The notes under the pieces were generated by a model. The model saw only the letters and a program-made list of their open reading frames with translations. It was not told the DNA's origin and ran no database searches. DNA of 63,524 nucleotides, the filler included, from Sphaeroforma arctica JP610 (lineage: Eukaryota), in NCBI RefSeq assembly GCF_001186125.1. It is 9 parts of 2 records of this genome, joined end to end, with 100 filler letters (N's around TTAATTAATTAA, not from the genome) between each part and the next. Parts side by side here need not be neighbours in the genome. Positions count along the whole stretch, not along the records: positions 50,343 to 58,847 come from NW_014040543.1; positions 58,948 to 61,375 come from NW_014040541.1; positions 61,476 to 63,524 come from NW_014040541.1; 6 more parts are not named here. The stretch is one strand, 5' to 3'. Below are positions 58,616 through 63,524 of the stretch, in pieces (within the stretch, counting starts at the first letter, position 1; the number at the start of each line of letters is the position of its first letter). A program made the position numbers and the translations under genes.

Positions 58616-59002
58616 AACAATCGCGCAAGATCAACTACAGTTCGGAACCCCCGCCCTTTTTCTCAGATTTTTTTTATATCCTTATTCCTGTGGCCAGAGA
58701 GCAAGTAACACGTTTACGAAATTTTATTTAGATCTCATTCTGGTTGCGAGGGTCGAATCCGTCAAACGCGCACTTGTGAGCATATCACTTGTGAGGTATA
58801 TATTTAGTTGTCAGTTGTAGGTGATAATCTACCTTATATATATAAATNNNNNNNNNNNNNNNNNNNNNNNNNNNNNNNNNNNNNNNNNNNNTTAATTAAT
58901 TAANNNNNNNNNNNNNNNNNNNNNNNNNNNNNNNNNNNNNNNNNNNNCCCCTCTAATCCTTGTCCTACCCTTTATCCACCCCTTAAACCCCGCCCCATCC
59001 AG

Positions 59003-61487
59003 GCACTAGACCCAGTACGCCTGTAGCTCCATGGTCGGCTCTGGTGTTATTGGGTCGATGGGTGTTGCACATTACACTGAAGATTGAGCGCGGGCGTATG
59101 GTGCTGTACACACCCGCCATTCAGACCCAATCCATGGGCCAACAGGACACAGGCACAGGCCTCTTGCCCCTGGAACAGGTCAAGGTGTGTGACATGACAT
59201 GACATGTGTATTGACAGGTAGGTATATAGTATCAATCCATGGACCAACAGGACACATGTACAGGTCTTTTTCCCCTGGAATAGGTCAAGGTGTGTGACAT
59301 GACATGACATGTGTATTGACAGGTAGGTATAAAGTATCAATCCATGGACCAACAGGACACATGCACAGGTCTTTTGCCCCTGGAACAGGTCAAGGTGTGT
59401 GACATGACATGACATGTGTTTTGACAGGTAGGTATATAGTATCAATCCTTGCGCCAACAGGACCCCTGGAACAGGTCAATGTGTGTGGCATGACATGTGT
59501 GTTTACACTGGTAAGTACATTGTTTTGGGTTAGTTTGTGTAGGTACCTACGATCGCACTGAGATGCATCAGTCACCTCATAGGTAAGTTTGCCTGGGGTT
59601 GTACACTTGGGCCATTCGGTGACCACCTATGAACCAGTACAAGTTACGCGCAAGACTTCTCTGTATGGAGGATGCCGTGTGGCGTGATTCGTGCATGTCG
59701 AGCCACATGCGCATAGGGTTTTAGGGTTTGATGTGTAGTCGCAAGTACAATAATGTATGTGTGGTATTGGTGTATTTATGGGTAGTCTTATTAATCCAAT
59801 GGTTTGCGTGTGGTATTGGCGTATCTATGGGTGGAGTCTGATTGACCTATCGCACGGGCTAGACAGAATACTCCGGCGTTTCCAAGAAGAAGACGACCCA
59901 ATACTGGCAGTTACAGTCCCAATTCATAAAATGTGACTTAGAGATTGGCCTTTTCTTTTTCGGAGCGGCCCTAATAATCTGTCATGTGTGTTGCACAGGA
60001 ATCAACCACCGAGCCCGTGACGGTGATGCTACCGTCGTTCACGGTGAAAGGGGTATATGTCATGCAGGGCAACATGAGGGGCACTCACACACATCCGGAG
60101 AATGCAACAAGCCCCAACAATATACGACACGACAAGCATAAGCGACAAGGCGAGAATATACGGCACGACGAGAATAAACGACACGGCGAGAACAAACAAT
60201 ACGAGGAAACCGAACGACATTCAGAGGATGAACCTTCGCGCAATCTGTATATGCATGTGCACCTGGGCAGCTTCAGCGACAATATCACCTTCAGACCCAA
60301 CCTGCTTGAATTCTTCGACATGACACGCAACAACTACCATGTGATTGCAGATGAGGTGTGTGTGTGTTTGTATGTATAGCTTGTATGCGGTGTGAGTATC
60401 CATTGTATGTACTCTGTGTAGGTATCACTTGTGTGGACTCTGTGTAGATATTATACTGGTAAAATATCTGGTAGGTATTTTACTGGTACAATATCTGGTA
60501 GGTATTTTACTGATAGAATATCTGCGTGTGGTCTGTGTCAGTGTATGCCTATCCATTCCATGAAAAGCGTGTCTGCACCAGCATTCACGTGCATTCTTCT
60601 ACTTGTATGTATGTATGTGTGCCAGCATTCGCGTGCTTTCTTCTACATGTATGTATGTGTGTATGCCAGCATTCGCGTGTATTGCTTATCTTGTATGTAT
60701 GTCTGTATACCATGTGGCATTTATATTGATCTTCGGTTGCATGCCAACCGGCAGAGCAAGTAACCTTTCCCACTTCCGTAGTCACAACTTTCACATACAA
60801 GTCTAGGCTAGCGCAGACACGCAGGCACCTCAGTCACACACATAAGTAAGCACATACATATCCATGTGTGTACGTGTATGCTGCTCATGTATGCGTCTAC
60901 CCTCGCATGGCATATACTCGCACGCATATATGCACATACACATGTGTGTCTTTAGGGTGCTTTACCATACACGTACTGCTACTTGGGTCTACATATGTAG
61001 GTGTACGACAAATACCAATTCGACCTGTTCGAGGCTCAACTGGAGCAGCCGCCTGTGCCTGCAGGACCTACGCCTACCAACGAACAAGCCATTGGAGGTA
61101 CACTCGACGCTATGGCCCAGAACAAGACCAACGTGGTTGTTATCTGGAGGTACGCGAGTGGCAGTGAGATATGTACTTGTTAATTGGGTGCATATGTATG
61201 TGTATATCTAGACGAGTGTCTGTTGGATGCGCAAATGGATCTAGTTGGATATATATTATTATATATTATTATATATTACTAAAATTATTCTATTTATAGT
61301 ACACTAAATAGAAATACATATATATATATATATATTCATATATACATACGTAAATACATACATACATACATGTGTNNNNNNNNNNNNNNNNNNNNNNNNN
61401 NNNNNNNNNNNNNNNNNNNTTAATTAATTAANNNNNNNNNNNNNNNNNNNNNNNNNNNNNNNNNNNNNNNNNNNNTATGTATGTATG

Positions 61488-61518
<31 letters not shown>

Positions 61519-63408
61519 GTATGTATGTATGTATGTATGTATATATGTATATATGTATATATGTATATATGTATATATATATATATGTGTGTGTGTGTGT
61601 ATTTATATATATATATGTGTGTGTGTGTGTGTATGTGTGTGTGTGTGTATGAATGTATGTATGTATATACGCAATAAACGTTGGGAATTGATCAGCACAT
61701 AGGTAATAATGAATTTCACAGATTCTGTGCATACAAACTCATAAGGATATCTGGTCCAAAGTAAACTATAACACACCACTTCACATTCACACAGTTGAGT
61801 ATATATATACCTACAACGGTATATACCTACACACACCGAGTATACATATACCTACACACAGTGAGTATATATGCACCTACACACAGTGAGTATATATATA
61901 TACCTACAACGGGACAGTTGACGGCCCATTCATACACCCACAGGTACAGTTCCCATGAACCGTGTAACGGGCAACAACTCAGCCACTGCCACGCCCAGAG
62001 TGACAAGACGAAACCCCCCACAGAGGGCACTGTGCCGGGCCATGTCCACAGGCCACAGTGCACCCCAGCCCGGTCCCCTGGCCTCTCGACGGGGCAGTGA
62101 GGATGGACAATTATCCAGGAATGGTGCACCTGGGCTGCCTGTGGCGGCGATCCCATCCCTGTCCTTTGACGACGGGTGCACGAGCACCACGTCGTCTGTG
62201 TTCTATGATGGTGAGTTTGTGGGGCAGTATATATGTTCATGTGGTAGTAGTTTGCCATGGTTACTGTCTTTATGACCCAAGAGTAACATATCGTCTGTGT
62301 TATATGATGGTGAGTGTGTGTGGCAGTGTGTATGATCGTGTGGTATAAGGTTGCCATGGTTACTGTTTTCATGACCCAAGAGTAACATATCGTCTGTGTT
62401 ATATGATGGTGAGTGTGTGTGGCAGGGTGTATGATCGTGTGGTATAAGGTTGCCATGGTTACTGTTTTCATGACCCAGGAGTAACATATCGTCTGTCATG
62501 TGATAGTGAGTGTGCGTGACAGTGTGTAAGGTCGTGTGGTAATAGGTAGTCATGGTTACTGTCTTGATGACCCAAGAGTAGCATATCGTCTGTGTTATAT
62601 GATGGTGAGTGTGTGTGGCAGTGTGTACGGTCGTGTGATAAAAGGTTGTCATGGTTACTGTCTTAATGACCCAAGAGTAGCATATCGTCTGTGTTATATG
62701 ATGGTGAGTGTGTGCGGCAGTGTGTACGGTCGTGTGGTAATAGGTTGCCATGGTTACTATCCTCATGAGAGGTGGGTGAGGTGCGCGTTAGTGATAGTGA
62801 CTACCGCCAACTGTCTGTGTGGGCCGCTGCTGTGGTTGTGTGCACCGAATGATCTTCAGAGAATGTATGTTTGTGCACTGAACTTTGTGCGTGTGCGCAT
62901 AACTGTGGCATTGTGTGTACGTCAGACTCTCGTGTGCCCATTCGTATCGTAGAGTCTTACAGTTCCAATTAGCTTAGTCTCTCTGATGCTCATCAATTGA
63001 GTTAGTCTCCCTGATGCCATCAATTAACTTTGTTTTTCTGATACTCATCAATGAAATTAGTTTCTCTGATGCTCATCAATCGTTCGTACCTATAGCTGTG
63101 CGTGTTCCTGTCCTGTGCCGTACACTCATTCGTCCACTTATCTACTCTGACATTTTGCTTCAGCCGTGGGCGGTGACCAATCGGATGCCGAGACCTGTAC
63201 AGACACCGCCACCGACACAGAGGGGGATGGGGGGTCTTTCGCGGGGTCTTTCGAGGGGTCTTCCAGTGAGGACGAGGATCACTCGCACCGTCGGAAAGGG
63301 CTGGATATCAAAGTGTACACTCCCAAGCACAGCATGTTTGCTGATCCGTTGACGTTAGCTGTGTGCGTGCGGTTGAAGAAGTACACCGTCACCACTAACC
63401 TGGGGCAG
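59003..63408 (+). CDS. Internal exons of a large protein, probably a bridge-like lipid transfer protein (BLTP1/KIAA1109/Csf1-like); partial at both ends
   Basis: Exons ~59003-59184 (WVLHITLKIERGRMVLY), 59999-60355 (VMLPSFTVKGVYVM..LYMHVHLGSFSDNITFRPNLLEFF..IADE), 61001-61149, 61944-62210 and 63164-63408 (LTLAVCVRLKKYTVTT). Alternating hydrophobic beta strands separated by disordered loops fit repeating beta-groove proteins. The family call rests on recalled similarity, not a search. Confidence 0.5.
59128..59515. repeat. 105-bp tandem repeat (~3.6 copies) spanning an exon/intron junction
   Basis: Units start at 59128, 59233, 59338 and 59443 (caatcc...); the fourth copy is internally deleted. 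Confidence 0.92.
60118..60228 (+). repeat. Coding 18-bp repeat encoding NIRHDE/NKRHGE-type hexapeptides
   Basis: NIRHDK HKRQGE NIRHDE NKRHGE NKQYEE TERHSE within exon 59999-60355. Confidence 0.8.
61310..61670. repeat. (TA)n/(TATG)n/(TG)n microsatellites around a gap
   Basis: Direct inspection. Confidence 0.95.
62192..62768. repeat. 99-bp tandem repeat (~5.8 copies) spanning an exon/intron junction
   Basis: tcgtctgt.. units start at 62192, 62291, 62390, 62489, 62586 and 62685; each contains (g)gtgagt. Confidence 0.92.
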
Positions 63409-63524
63409 GTGCGTGTGCCTCATACACTACACGACGGTAGTCTGCGCACATGCGTGAACCGTGTGTGTGTTATGAGGTGTAGGGGTGGGTGTGAGTTGGT
63501 AGCTTTGCAGTCTTCACTGTATGC

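Noticed and set aside
62192..62768. Regularly spaced repeats here and at 59128-59515 considered as CRISPR-like arrays
   Set aside because: Whole units are repeated with no unique spacers, no cas genes are present, and the context is a eukaryotic intron.
61827..62952. Repetitive ORFs (MKTVTMATLYHT..., 214/187/138 aa) and 59047-59457
   Set aside because: They arise from minisatellites with periods divisible by 3; there is no evidence of coding.

Overview
Intron-rich eukaryotic draft-assembly scaffold with GT-AG introns, (TA)n/(CA)n microsatellites and 11 N-gaps, 8 of which carry an artificial TTAATTAATTAA linker. Gene content and style fit a unicellular opisthokont, possibly an ichthyosporean such as Sphaeroforma; this is inference only. 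Spliced genes reconstructed by hand: ALG11 (-), a fungal-type N-terminal amidase NTA1 (+), a Max/Myc-like bHLH-ZIP factor fused to one PAS-PAC domain (-), RPB1 first exon (+), ORC1 (-), an Amun-like HhH protein (+), a SANT/Myb protein (+, partial), a mitochondrial thioredoxin first exon (-), CIAO2B/MIP18 (+), and a probable BLTP1-like lipid-transfer gene (+, partial). Three further multi-exon loci could not be identified. Most notable: (1) a secreted protein with eight 4-Cys modules lies head-to-head with a truncated paralog; they share a 296-bp inverted repeat with 1 mismatch but have diverged leaders and promoters, and a G-quadruplex motif lies between them, so this is a candidate inversion or gene-conversion switch; (2) the bHLH-ZIP-PAS architecture with an atypical basic region and Cys motifs; (3) a degraded AT-rich virus-like island at ~25.9-27.3 kb; (4) intronic tandem arrays that amplify exon ends together with their splice donors.
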